A DNA stretch of 64,000 nucleotides. Source: Alphaproteobacteria bacterium. Its GTDB lineage: Bacteria > Pseudomonadota > Alphaproteobacteria > SHVV01. This document shows, piece after piece, positions 37,196-46,074 of the stretch; the stretch's first letter is position 1, and each line of letters opens with the position of its first letter. The notes under the pieces were generated by a model that saw nothing but the letters and a program-made list of their open reading frames with translations, did not search any database and was not told where the DNA came from. The position numbers and the translations under genes are program-made. The stretch covers positions 8,251 through 72,250 of the forward strand of contig VGEO01000006.1 of assembly GCA_016869275.1 (NCBI GenBank). Reading direction: 5' to 3'.

Positions 37196-38074
37196 ATGCT
37201 GATCGATTTCCTGTTCGTCCTGGTCGGCGGCCTCAAGTTCGGCGCGATCTACGCCTTGGGCGCGATCGGCCTCGTCGTCATCCACAAGGCGACCAAGACG
37301 GTCAACTTCGCCCACGGCGCGCTCATCATGCTGGGGGCGTACGCCACGTTTTTTCTGCTCGAACGGTTCAAGCTCCCCTATTGGGCCGTCTACGTCCTGG
37401 CGCCGACCCTGGTCGGCGCCGTATCGGCGTTCCTCGAGTTCGCGATCCTGCGCCCGATTCGGCGCGCCGACATGTTCATCGTCATCATCGCCACCGTGTT
37501 CCTGGCGATCGCGCTCCAGGAAGCGGTCCGCCTCCCCTACGACGTCGAAATGCTGTCGGTGGCGGCGGTGCTCGAGGGCGATCCGCTGTTCCTGGGCGAT
37601 CTCATCGTCACCCAGGAGTCGATGTGGATCATCGCCGGGGCCTTCTTGTTCGCGATTCTGGGCGCGCTCCTGTTCGCGCAGGCGGGCTTGGGGCGCAGCA
37701 TGCGGGCGATGGCGCAGAACATCCGCGGCGCCCAGCTCTGCGGCTATTCGGTCGACGGCGTCTATGTGTTCGCGTGGTTCGTGGGCGGCGGCCTTGCCGG
37801 TCTGGCCGGAGTCTTCAGCGCCCCCTCGCTCGGCGTCTCGCCCGAACTGATGGTCGCGACAATCGTGCCCGCGTTCGTCGCCGCGGTGATCGGCGGCTTC
37901 GATTCGCTCCGCGGCGCGATATTGGGCGGCCTGATCCTTGGCATCGTCGAGAACATCGCCGCCACCTACATCTCGGCCGGCCTCAAGAGCGCGATCTCGT
38001 TCCTCATTCTGTTCGCGGTGCTGATGATCCGGCCCGAGGGCCTGTTCCCCGAGGGGCGCGTCCGCAAGGTATGA
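37196..38074 (+). CDS. livH: Branched-chain-type ABC permease (LivH family), second system
   Basis: 292-aa ORF: MLIDFLFVLVGGLKFGAIYALGAIGLVVIHKATKTVNFAHG ... MIRPEGLFPEG. The symbol is family-level only. Confidence 0.9.
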   Translation: MLIDFLFVLVGGLKFGAIYALGAIGLVVIHKATKTVNFAHGALIMLGAYATFFLLERFKLPYWAVYVLAPTLVGAVSAFLEFAILRPIRRADMFIVIIATVFLAIALQEAVRLPYDVEMLSVAAVLEGDPLFLGDLIVTQESMWIIAGAFLFAILGALLFAQAGLGRSMRAMAQNIRGAQLCGYSVDGVYVFAWFVGGGLAGLAGVFSAPSLGVSPELMVATIVPAFVAAVIGGFDSLRGAILGGLILGIVENIAATYISAGLKSAISFLILFAVLMIRPEGLFPEGRVRKV

Positions 38075-38081
38075 ACCGGCC

Positions 38082-39890
38082 ATGAAACGCGATGGCGCCG
38101 GATTTCGGGAACTCGCGGCGCCGGTCCTCGTGGTGTGGGCCGGCGCCGCGGCCAGCCTGTTCTTCGATCGCTACACCCAATACGTCACCGCTCTGCTGCT
38201 GGTCGCGATCATGGTCGGCATTGCGTTGGTGATCCTGGTCGGGCTGGCGCGCATGATTACGCTCGCCTCCGGCGCGATGATGGGCCTTGGCGCTTACGGC
38301 ACCGCTGCGATGATGGTGCATTGGGATGCGCCGTTCCTGGTCGGCGTCGCGTTCGCGACCGCGCTCGGCGCGCTGGGCGGGCTCCTGCTCGGCCTGCCCG
38401 CCACCCGCTTCCGCGGTCACCACCTGGCGATGGTGACGATGGTGTTCCAGTTCGTGGTGATCATCGTCATCAGCGAATGGGATTCGCTCACGGGCGGGGT
38501 CGAGGGCATGCGCGTTCCGCAGGCGACGATCGCCGGCTACGCGCTCAAGGCCGATTGGGAGTATGTGGTCCTGATCGCGTTCTTCGCCGGCCTCTCGATC
38601 CTGTTCGCCGGCATCCTGATCCGCGGCCACTTCGGCAAAGCGCTCAAGGCGATGAGCGCCACCGAGGTCGGCGCCGAGGCGTTCGGCATCTACGTCGCCG
38701 GCTACCAGGTGATGGCGTTCGTGATCTCCTCGGCGATCATCGCTTTGGGCGGTGCGTTGTTCGCGCCCGAAATCCGCATCCTCGATCCTGACCAGTACGG
38801 CATTCTGAGCTCGGTCCTGATGCTCGCCTATCCGATCGTCGGCGGCATGACGTCGCTGTGGGGCGGCATCATTGGCGGCGGCCTGCTGCGCGCGGGGCCC
38901 GAGCTCCTGCGCGTGGTCGACGAATACCAGGAGCTGGTCTACGCGGCGATCGTGATCGCCGTGATCGTGTTCTTGCCGGGCGGACTGGTCGAGATCTACG
39001 GCCGGGTCGCCGCGGCGCTCGGCGGCAAGCGCGCCAAGGCGTCGCCGCCGGAACGTCCCCAAGCCGCGGCCCGAGCGGCCGCGCTCGGCCACCTCGCCGG
39101 CGCGCACCCGGTGAGCCACCCGAAAGGACTGGTCGCCCTCAAGACCGCGTCCGTCTCCAAGAGCTACGGGAGCCTCAAGGCGGTGAGCGCGGTCGATCTC
39201 ACCGTCGCCGCCGGTTCGATGCACGGTCTGATCGGTCCGAATGGCGCCGGCAAGACGACGTTCTTCAACACGATCTCCGGTTTCATCCCGCCCGACGAGG
39301 GAACGATCGAGATATTCGGCCGCCGCATGGCCGAGGAACCGGCGCGCGCCCGCATCCGTTTCGGCGTCGCGCGCACCTTCCAGAACGTCGCCGTTTATCG
39401 GACGCTCTCGTGCCTCGACAACGTCATCATCGGTGTGGGCGAGAACGACGTCGTCGCCTCGCTTTGGCACAGCATCGACGAAGCGGTCGGCGGGCGCGCC
39501 AGCCGCGCCCGGCGCGAACGGGCGTTGAACGCCCTCGCGGCGGTCGGCTTGGCCGACGTCGCCGGCGAAGCGGCCGGGTCGCTCTCGCTCGGCAACCAGC
39601 GGCGGGTCGAAATCGCGCGCGCGATCGTATCGAAGCCCAAGCTGATCTTGTTGGACGAGCCGGTCTCGGGCGTCGGGGCCGAGGAAGAAGAACGCCTGAA
39701 AGAACTATTGCGCTCGCTCAACCGCGAGCTCGGCGTCACCATGTTCGTGATCGAACACAACATCCGATTCGTCGTCGACCTGTGCGAGCGCCTGTCGGTC
39801 ATGTCGAACGGCCGCATCATCGCCGAAGGCGCCTCGGCCGAGGTCATCAAGAGCGACGACGTCCGGCGCGTCTATTTCGGCGAGGGCTAG
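38082..39890 (+). CDS. Fused LivM-type permease / LivG-type ATPase
   Basis: 602-aa single ORF. The N-terminal roughly 310 aa are multi-TM LivM-like (LASGAMMGLGAYG ... FLPGGLVEIYG). An Ala/Pro-rich linker of about 45 aa follows. Then comes an ABC ATPase with Walker A GPNGAGKTT, signature LSLGNQRRVE, Walker B ILLDEPV and H-loop VIEHNI. Confidence 0.88.
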   Translation: MKRDGAGFRELAAPVLVVWAGAAASLFFDRYTQYVTALLLVAIMVGIALVILVGLARMITLASGAMMGLGAYGTAAMMVHWDAPFLVGVAFATALGALGGLLLGLPATRFRGHHLAMVTMVFQFVVIIVISEWDSLTGGVEGMRVPQATIAGYALKADWEYVVLIAFFAGLSILFAGILIRGHFGKALKAMSATEVGAEAFGIYVAGYQVMAFVISSAIIALGGALFAPEIRILDPDQYGILSSVLMLAYPIVGGMTSLWGGIIGGGLLRAGPELLRVVDEYQELVYAAIVIAVIVFLPGGLVEIYGRVAAALGGKRAKASPPERPQAAARAAALGHLAGAHPVSHPKGLVALKTASVSKSYGSLKAVSAVDLTVAAGSMHGLIGPNGAGKTTFFNTISGFIPPDEGTIEIFGRRMAEEPARARIRFGVARTFQNVAVYRTLSCLDNVIIGVGENDVVASLWHSIDEAVGGRASRARRERALNALAAVGLADVAGEAAGSLSLGNQRRVEIARAIVSKPKLILLDEPVSGVGAEEEERLKELLRSLNRELGVTMFVIEHNIRFVVDLCERLSVMSNGRIIAEGASAEVIKSDDVRRVYFGEG

Positions 39891-40592
39891 ATGACAGCGC
39901 TCGCGGTCAACGGCTTGAAAGTCGCCTACGGTCCAGTGGTCGCGGTCCATGACCTGTCGTTCCGACTGGAGCCGGGCGAGTCGGTGTCGCTCCTGGGTCC
40001 GAACGGCGCCGGCAAGACCTCGGCCGTCGAGGCGATCGCGGGGCTCCTGCCGAAAGCCGCCGGCAACGTCATGCTGGGCGCGAGCGATATCTCGCGCCTG
40101 CCGGCGAGCGCGGTCGTCAAGAAAGGGCTCGCACTGGTGCCGCAATGGCGCGAACTGTTCCCGACCTTCAGCGTCGAGGAGACGTTGTTGGCCGGCGCCA
40201 ACGGCGCCGGCGGACGGACGCCGCGGCCGCTCGCCGAAATCTACGATTTGTTCCCGATCCTGAAGGAGCGGCGCTCCCAGGCGGCCGGATCGCTCTCGGG
40301 CGGCGAACAGCAGATGCTCGCGATCGGACGCGCGCTGGTGACGGCGCCGAGCGTGCTGTTGCTCGACGAACCTTCGGCCGGCCTGGCGGTCGGCGTCGTC
40401 AAAGTACTCGTCGAAATCTTGGGCAAGATCCGTGCGACCGGCGTTTCGATCCTGCTGGTCGAGCAGAAGCTCGACATCGCCCAAGCGGTGACCGAGCGCA
40501 GTCTGGTGCTGTCGGTCGGTCAGGTATCGTGGACCGGTCCGATCACCGAAGCCAGCCACTTGGACGAAATCCGCCGCGCGTATTTCACCTGA
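39891..40592 (+). CDS. livF: ABC transporter ATP-binding protein (LivF type), second system
   Basis: 233-aa ORF whose ATG directly follows the upstream TAG. Walker A GPNGAGKTS, signature LSGGEQQML and Walker B LLLDEPS. Confidence 0.92.
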   Translation: MTALAVNGLKVAYGPVVAVHDLSFRLEPGESVSLLGPNGAGKTSAVEAIAGLLPKAAGNVMLGASDISRLPASAVVKKGLALVPQWRELFPTFSVEETLLAGANGAGGRTPRPLAEIYDLFPILKERRSQAAGSLSGGEQQMLAIGRALVTAPSVLLLDEPSAGLAVGVVKVLVEILGKIRATGVSILLVEQKLDIAQAVTERSLVLSVGQVSWTGPITEASHLDEIRRAYFT

Positions 40593-40768
40593 CCGAGGAA
40601 AACGGCCGGCCGCCCGATTCGGGGCAGCGGGGGGACACCGAACGAACGGCCGGCCGTGCCGCCAATACGCGGCGGCGAGAGCGAACCTTTCGCCTGTTAC
40701 GTTCGAACGCGAGCGTCGGATGCAATCCGTCCCCCCTGCAGGCAGGAGCGGAACGAGCCCGAGAGGGT

Positions 40769-41470
40769 CTACGGCTGAGCCAGCGCGAGCAGCGGTCCGC
40801 TACAGAGCACCGGCCCGGTCGGAAGCCCGGTCGGCGACCCGCCTTTGGGCTCGAGGCTCACCGCGAGCGCGGCGCCGGCGCCCACGCCGCGCAAGCGCTC
40901 GGCCGCGACTTTACGCGCAACGGCGGCGTCAGCCGCGATCAGCCCGAGCGAGCGCGGCGGCGCCCCGGCCTCCGGAACGATCCACAGCTCGAGGTCGCCC
41001 GGAGCGGCAAACGGCGCGAGCGGACGGACCGTGAGCGCGCCGCTCGCGGCATTCAGCGTCACCACGACGGCCTGTCGGCTGCCCTCGGCGTTCAGAACCG
41101 CGACGTGGGTCGGCGCGGCGGGCAGCGCCAGCCCGAGATAGAGCGCGAGCGCGAGGGCAGCGAGCGCGCCGACGACCCCGACCGGACGCCAGAAAACGAG
41201 GCTCGACCACCAACCCGCCGTCGCGGGCGTCGGCGCTGCGGGCCGAGTGAGCGCGGCTTCGATCCGATTCCATAACGCGGCCGGCGGGTCGACCGCCGGC
41301 GCGGCTTCCGTGAGCGGCGCGAGCAGGCGGCTCCAGAACTCGACGCGCGCCGCAAGCCCAGCGTCGGCCACGATCGCGCGCGCGAACGCTTCGCGTTCGG
41401 CGCCTTCGAGCGTGCCGAGCGCGTACTCGGCCGCGAGCTGCTCGCGTTCGTCCTCGTCCCGGATCGTCAT
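40769..41470 (-). CDS. Anti-sigma factor, RskA-like (single-pass membrane)
   Basis: Track ORF 40769-41797. The real start is MTIRDEDEREQLAAEYALGTLEG at ATG 41470, overlapping the sigma-gene stop as ATGA. It has one TM segment (WWSSLVFWRPVGVVGALAALALALYLGLAL) and an RskA-type C-domain (DLELWIVPE...GLI...AVSLEPKGGSPTG). Confidence 0.8.
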   Translation of the reverse strand: MTIRDEDEREQLAAEYALGTLEGAEREAFARAIVADAGLAARVEFWSRLLAPLTEAAPAVDPPAALWNRIEAALTRPAAPTPATAGWWSSLVFWRPVGVVGALAALALALYLGLALPAAPTHVAVLNAEGSRQAVVVTLNAASGALTVRPLAPFAAPGDLELWIVPEAGAPPRSLGLIAADAAVARKVAAERLRGVGAGAALAVSLEPKGGSPTGLPTGPVLCSGPLLALAQP

Positions 41471-42021
41471 CGTCCGCCCTCGGTTTGCTCGAAACACGCC
41501 TTGAGCCGCATCAAGCCGCGCCGGATCCAACTCTTCACGGTGCCGAGCGGCGCTCCCACCCGCGCCGCGAGTTCGCTGTGGCTCAAGCCCTCGTAGAACG
41601 CGAGCGCAATCGCGCGCCGCGGTTGCTCGTCGAGTTCGCCGAGGCACCCGGCCAGCCGGCGGGCCTCGTCCGACTGCACCAGCCGGCTGAGCGCGTCGGG
41701 GGCCGGATCGGGCGCCTCGCGATCGGGCTCGCCGGCCACGCGCGGCTCGCGTCGGAGCCGGTCGATCGCGCGGTTCCTGACGATCGTCGCCATCCAACCG
41801 AGGCCGCTACCCCGCTCGGGCCGAAAATCGCTGGCGCGCCGCCAGAACGCGAGAAAAGCCTCCTGCATCACGTCCTCGGCCCAGTCGCGGCGTCTCACCA
41901 CCAAGAGTGCCAGCCCGAACAGCCGGGGCGCGGTCGCCCGATAGAGCGTCTGGAACGCCCCGCGGTCGCCCAACGCCGTTCGCGCGATCAACGTTTCGAC
42001 CGCCAGCTCCGGTTCCGCCAT
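41467..42021 (-). CDS. ECF (group 4) RNA polymerase sigma factor
   Basis: 184-aa ORF with region 2 (DVMQEAFLAFWRRA, WMATIVRNRAIDRLRR) and region 4 (FYEGLSHSELAARVGAPLGTVKSWIRRGLMRLK). Confidence 0.9.
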   Translation of the reverse strand: MAEPELAVETLIARTALGDRGAFQTLYRATAPRLFGLALLVVRRRDWAEDVMQEAFLAFWRRASDFRPERGSGLGWMATIVRNRAIDRLRREPRVAGEPDREAPDPAPDALSRLVQSDEARRLAGCLGELDEQPRRAIALAFYEGLSHSELAARVGAPLGTVKSWIRRGLMRLKACFEQTEGGR

Positions 42022-42090
42022 GTCCTGCCTAAATGCCCCGCACGGATACGCCGAAGCCGGCGGTTCGGATGCGGCTGACCGCCCGCGCGG

Positions 42091-42966
42091 TCACGGCGCC
42101 CACACCAGTTCGATCACCGCGGTGCCGGCGTAGGTGGTGGTGCCGCGGTCCTTGTAGACCGAGCGCATCCGGTGAACGAGACCCAAGGTCTGACCGGTCG
42201 CGACATCGATCAAGGTGTGGCCCTCGACCTCGGCCTCGACGTGGAACGCGCTTCCGGCCTTGACCACCATGTCGGCGTCGATCTCGACCACCACCGCCGC
42301 GCGGCCGCTGACGGTGGCGAGACCCTTGGCGATCGCCGCGTGGAAGTCGCGCACCACGAATTTCGCGCGCTCCGCGGGCGGCAGAAAATCGACGATCGGA
42401 AGGAAGTTCAGATCCTCGTAGGCGGCACCGCCCGGCTCGACCGGCCGCACTGCGTGCCGGGGAAACAGATTGCGCTCGATCGCTTCGATCAGAATCTCCG
42501 GTTGATGCTGACGCGGCAGCTCGGCAAAGGCGGAGCCAAGCGCCGCCACTTCCGCCGGCTCGAGCCTGCCGTCGGCGGTGCCGAAGAACGCGATCCGCGC
42601 GATCGCGCCTGCCCCATGCGTGCGGCCGTTCACGACGAAATCGCGCCCGATCCATTCGTGCGCGAAGCCGCCGGGTTCAGGTCTGACCGTCACCGCAAAC
42701 GTCATCGTCCACGTATCGGGGTCGCCGTCGTCGGGGGTCGTGGTCACGCGCAACTTGGCGGTGCCACTCGCGGCTTCGGTCACCGCTAGATCATGCGGGC
42801 GGTCGAGCGGCGCGACATGGCCGGTGAAGCCCTTGACCCCTACGGCAACGTCGACGGTCGAGCCATCGCCGACCAGCGATGGTTCGGCAGCGACCGCGGC
42901 GGTCGCGGCCAAGGTCAGCGCTAGCGCCCCGCCAAGTGCCGAGAGCCATGGACGCGGCGCAGGCAT
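42091..42966 (-). CDS. Secreted hypothetical protein (no family recognised)
   Basis: 291-aa ORF with signal peptide MPAPRPWLSALGGALALTLAATAAVAAEP. It is in the same orientation as its neighbours, 25 nt after the molybdoenzyme gene and 69 nt before the ECF sigma gene. Confidence 0.6.
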   Translation of the reverse strand: MPAPRPWLSALGGALALTLAATAAVAAEPSLVGDGSTVDVAVGVKGFTGHVAPLDRPHDLAVTEAASGTAKLRVTTTPDDGDPDTWTMTFAVTVRPEPGGFAHEWIGRDFVVNGRTHGAGAIARIAFFGTADGRLEPAEVAALGSAFAELPRQHQPEILIEAIERNLFPRHAVRPVEPGGAAYEDLNFLPIVDFLPPAERAKFVVRDFHAAIAKGLATVSGRAAVVVEIDADMVVKAGSAFHVEAEVEGHTLIDVATGQTLGLVHRMRSVYKDRGTTTYAGTAVIELVWAP

Positions 42967-42991
42967 TGCTCGCCGAATAGTTTCGGCCGCC

Positions 42992-45385
42992 CTACTCCGC
43001 CGCCCGTAAACGCTTACCCTTGGCCTTCAGGATCGCGTTCAGTACGTTTTCGGGCGTATACGGCATCTCGACGTGGCGGAGGCCGACGTCCCAGAACGCG
43101 TCGACCAGCGCGTTGCCGATCGCGGCGGGCGGGCCGATGGTGCCGGTCTCGGAGCCGCCTTTGACGCCCAACGCATTGTTCGGATTCAAGGTCTCCTGGA
43201 AGTCGACGCCGATGTTGGGCATGTCGGGCGCGCGCGGCATGCCGTAGTCCATGAAGGTGCCGGAAAGGAGCTGGCCCGACTTCTTGTCGTAGACGACGTG
43301 CTCCATCATCGCCTGGCCGATCCCTTGCGCCAGCCCGCCATGGACCTGTCCCTCTACCACCATCGGATTGATGATGCGGCCGCAATCGTCGACGCAGAAA
43401 AAGTCGCGGAGCGTGACCCGGCCGGTGTCCTCTTCGACGATGACGACCGCCAAGTGCTGGGCGGTCGGATAGTTCAAGTCGATCGGATCGAAGAACACCG
43501 TCTCCTCGAGCCCGAGTTCGAAGCCCTTCTCGGGATAGTCGTAGCCCGAGTACGCCATCAGCGCGACCTTGCCGAAGGTGATGCGGCGGTCGGTGCCTTT
43601 GACGGTGAAGACGCCGTTCGCGTAGTCGACGTCGCTTTCCGCGGCTTCGAGCAGGTGCGCGGCGAGCCGGGTGGCCTTCTTGATGACGCGGCGGCCGGCC
43701 TCGACGATCGCCATGCCGGCGGTCGAGAGCGAGCGCGAGCCCCAGGTGCCGGAGCCGAACGGCACCCGCTCGGTGTCGCCTTCGACCAGGGCCACGTCGT
43801 CCATATTGAGGCCGAGCGTATCGGCCGCGATCTGGCGGAACGTCACGTCGTGGCCCTGGCCGTGACTGTGGCTCGCGGCGTAGACCGTGACCTTGCCGTC
43901 GGTATGGACGCGGACCATCGCGGTGTCGTAACCGCCGGTCCAATGCTTGATCTTGGCGTTGCGGCGCGAGGGGCCCGAGCCTGAGTTCTCGACGAACGCG
44001 GCCATGCCGATCCCCATGCGCAGCCCGGTCCTGCCGGCGTCGGCGTTGAACTTCGTTTGCTCGTCCCGGAGCGTCCGGTAGTTCGCGAGCTTCATCAGCT
44101 TGGCGTGTAGTCCGGGCGGATTGCCGGAATCCCACTTGCGGCCGATCGGCGTCGACCACGGATATTCGTGCTCCTGAATGTAGTTCTTGAGGCGGGTTTC
44201 GATCGGATCGAGCCCCATCTCGCGGCAGCCGTTCTCGAACAGACGCTCGTTACAGAACGTGGCTTCGGGCCGACCCGAGCCGCGATAGGCGTCGACCGGG
44301 GCGGTGTTGGTATAGACGCCGCGCACCGCGACGTAGGCGGCGGGCGTCTTGTACTGCCCGGTCAACGTCGCGGGATAGAACATGCAGGCGATGCCGGCCG
44401 CGAACGGATTGTGGTAGCCGCCGAGACACGCGATCGTCTCGATGTGGAGCGCGGTGATCCGCCCTTCCTTGTCGAAACCCATTTTGCCGATGGTGACGTG
44501 GTCGCGGGCATGGCTGTCGGTGGCGATGGTCTCGTTCCGGAGCGGCGTCCACTTGACCGGACGGCCGACCACGCGCGAGGCCCATAGGACCACCGGCATC
44601 TCCATGTAGAAGAACGCCTTGGTGCCGAAACCGCCGCCGACGTCGGGCGCGATCACGCGCACCTTGTGCTCGGGCAGGAACAGTGCGTCGCGGCAGAGCC
44701 ACTGCTTGTACCAATGCGGCATCTGCCCGGAGCAGGTGAGCGTGTAGAAATCGCGGGCGCGGTCGTAATCGCCCAGATACGCGCGCGGCTCCATCGGATT
44801 GCCGGTGATCCGGTTGGAGATCAATTTCAGCGTCGTCACGTGGTGCGAGGCCCTGAGCGCGGCTTCGGTCTTGTCCTTGTCGCCGTAGCGCCACTCCTCG
44901 GCTTCATTGGTGCCGAACTGCTCGTGGATGATCGGCGCACCCGGCGCCAGGCACGCCTCGGTGTCGGTGATCGACGGCAGGACCTCGTAGTCGACCTCGA
45001 CCGCTTCGGCGGCATCGAGCGCCTGGAAGCGGGTCTCGGCGACCACGCACGCGACGTTATCGCCGACATAACAGACCTTGCCGCGCGCGAATACCGGCCG
45101 CGGCGCCAGATTCATGGGCCGCCCGTCGTAGTAGTCGACCGGATGGATGGTAGTGAGGGCGCCCAGGCCCTCTTTTTGCCAGTCTTCGTCGGACAGGACC
45201 GCGAGCACGCCCGGCATCTCGAGCGCCTTGGTCTTGTCGATCTTCCTGATGCGCGCATGGGCATGCGGGCTATGGACGAACACGGCGTGGACCATACCGG
45301 CCATCGCCATATCGTCGGTGTACCGGCCGCGCCCGGTGATGAACTTTAGATCTTCCTCGCGCCTCAGTGCCTTGCCAATCAGCAT
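42992..45385 (-). CDS. Xanthine dehydrogenase/aldehyde oxidase-family molybdopterin-binding large subunit (CoxL-like)
   Basis: Track ORF 42992-46024 (1010 aa). The homologous part starts MLIGKALRREEDLKFITGRGRYTDD at ATG 45385, giving 797 aa. The active-site loop reads VDAYRGSGRPEA. The upstream 213 aa are antisense to the thioesterase gene and unlikely to be coding. Confidence 0.88.
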   Translation of the reverse strand: MLIGKALRREEDLKFITGRGRYTDDMAMAGMVHAVFVHSPHAHARIRKIDKTKALEMPGVLAVLSDEDWQKEGLGALTTIHPVDYYDGRPMNLAPRPVFARGKVCYVGDNVACVVAETRFQALDAAEAVEVDYEVLPSITDTEACLAPGAPIIHEQFGTNEAEEWRYGDKDKTEAALRASHHVTTLKLISNRITGNPMEPRAYLGDYDRARDFYTLTCSGQMPHWYKQWLCRDALFLPEHKVRVIAPDVGGGFGTKAFFYMEMPVVLWASRVVGRPVKWTPLRNETIATDSHARDHVTIGKMGFDKEGRITALHIETIACLGGYHNPFAAGIACMFYPATLTGQYKTPAAYVAVRGVYTNTAPVDAYRGSGRPEATFCNERLFENGCREMGLDPIETRLKNYIQEHEYPWSTPIGRKWDSGNPPGLHAKLMKLANYRTLRDEQTKFNADAGRTGLRMGIGMAAFVENSGSGPSRRNAKIKHWTGGYDTAMVRVHTDGKVTVYAASHSHGQGHDVTFRQIAADTLGLNMDDVALVEGDTERVPFGSGTWGSRSLSTAGMAIVEAGRRVIKKATRLAAHLLEAAESDVDYANGVFTVKGTDRRITFGKVALMAYSGYDYPEKGFELGLEETVFFDPIDLNYPTAQHLAVVIVEEDTGRVTLRDFFCVDDCGRIINPMVVEGQVHGGLAQGIGQAMMEHVVYDKKSGQLLSGTFMDYGMPRAPDMPNIGVDFQETLNPNNALGVKGGSETGTIGPPAAIGNALVDAFWDVGLRHVEMPYTPENVLNAILKAKGKRLRAAE

Positions 45386-45536
45386 CGCTTGAACCTCTGG
45401 GTGGAGCTTTCTTCTTGTCGGGACCGCGGCCCCGCGTCGCGCATCGATAATGGCCGACCCCGCGGGCCGCGGCAACGGCCGCCAATTCGATGAAATCCGC
45501 GCGCGCCAGCGGTCGCACCACGTCGAAGGATCAGGC

Positions 45537-45565
45537 GTCAAGCTCGGACGCGTGATGAGCTTGAC
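45537..45565. promoter_or_regulatory. 9-bp perfect inverted repeat GTCAAGCTC-N11-GAGCTTGAC in a divergent promoter region
   Basis: Read directly from the sequence: arms at 45537-45545 and 45557-45565. It lies between the molybdoenzyme gene (minus strand) and the PaaI-type thioesterase gene (plus strand). Confidence 0.35.
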
Positions 45566-45641
45566 CGAAGCCGGCGGCGGGCGCGCGCCGCAGCCCCGCG
45601 AAGGGAGTACCATCCCCGCTTTAGCCGAGGAGGCAGGACCA

Positions 45642-46037
45642 ATGGCGGGACTGAGCGAGCTACCGTTCGCGCAGATGATGGGGATCGAGATCGTGAGCGT
45701 CACGCCCGAGCGGGTCGAGGCGATCCTCCCCGTGCGGGACGACCTCTGCACGGTCCCGGCCGTGCTGCACGGCGGCGCCGCGATGGCGCTCGCCGACACG
45801 GTCGGGGCGCTTGCCGCGATCGCCAATTTGCCGCGCGATAGTTGGACGACGACGATCGAGAGCAAGACCAACTTCATGGCCGCGATCCCGGCCGGCGATA
45901 CCGCGCGCGCCGAATGCACGCCGATCCACAAAGGGCGCACCACCATGGTGATGCAGACCAAGATCACCCGCGCCGACGGCCGCATCGCCGCGCTGGTGAT
46001 CCAGACGCAGATGGTGATCGCCAAGAAGGCGGGGTAG
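45642..46037 (+). CDS. PaaI-family hotdog-fold thioesterase
   Basis: Track ORF 45450-46037. ATG 45642 follows GAGGAGG. Sequence: MAGLSELPFAQMMGIEIVSVTPERVEAILPV...VLHGGAAMALADTVG...TIESKTNFM. Confidence 0.85.
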   Translation: MAGLSELPFAQMMGIEIVSVTPERVEAILPVRDDLCTVPAVLHGGAAMALADTVGALAAIANLPRDSWTTTIESKTNFMAAIPAGDTARAECTPIHKGRTTMVMQTKITRADGRIAALVIQTQMVIAKKAG

Positions 46038-46074
46038 GACGCCTCCGGTCGCAGTCCTGTGCGAGCCTTGCTCG

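Noticed and set aside
42992-45385. Calling the CoxL-like gene a carbon monoxide dehydrogenase.
   Set aside because: The active-site loop reads AYRGSGR, not the AYxCSFR signature of form I CO dehydrogenases. No coxM, coxS or accessory genes are adjacent. Only the generic molybdenum hydroxylase family is supported.
45386-46024. The N-terminal 213-aa extension of the 1010-aa ORF containing the molybdoenzyme.
   Set aside because: Homology starts at MLIGKALRREEDL (ATG 45385). The extension overlaps the well-supported thioesterase gene on the opposite strand and has no features of the Mo-enzyme family.
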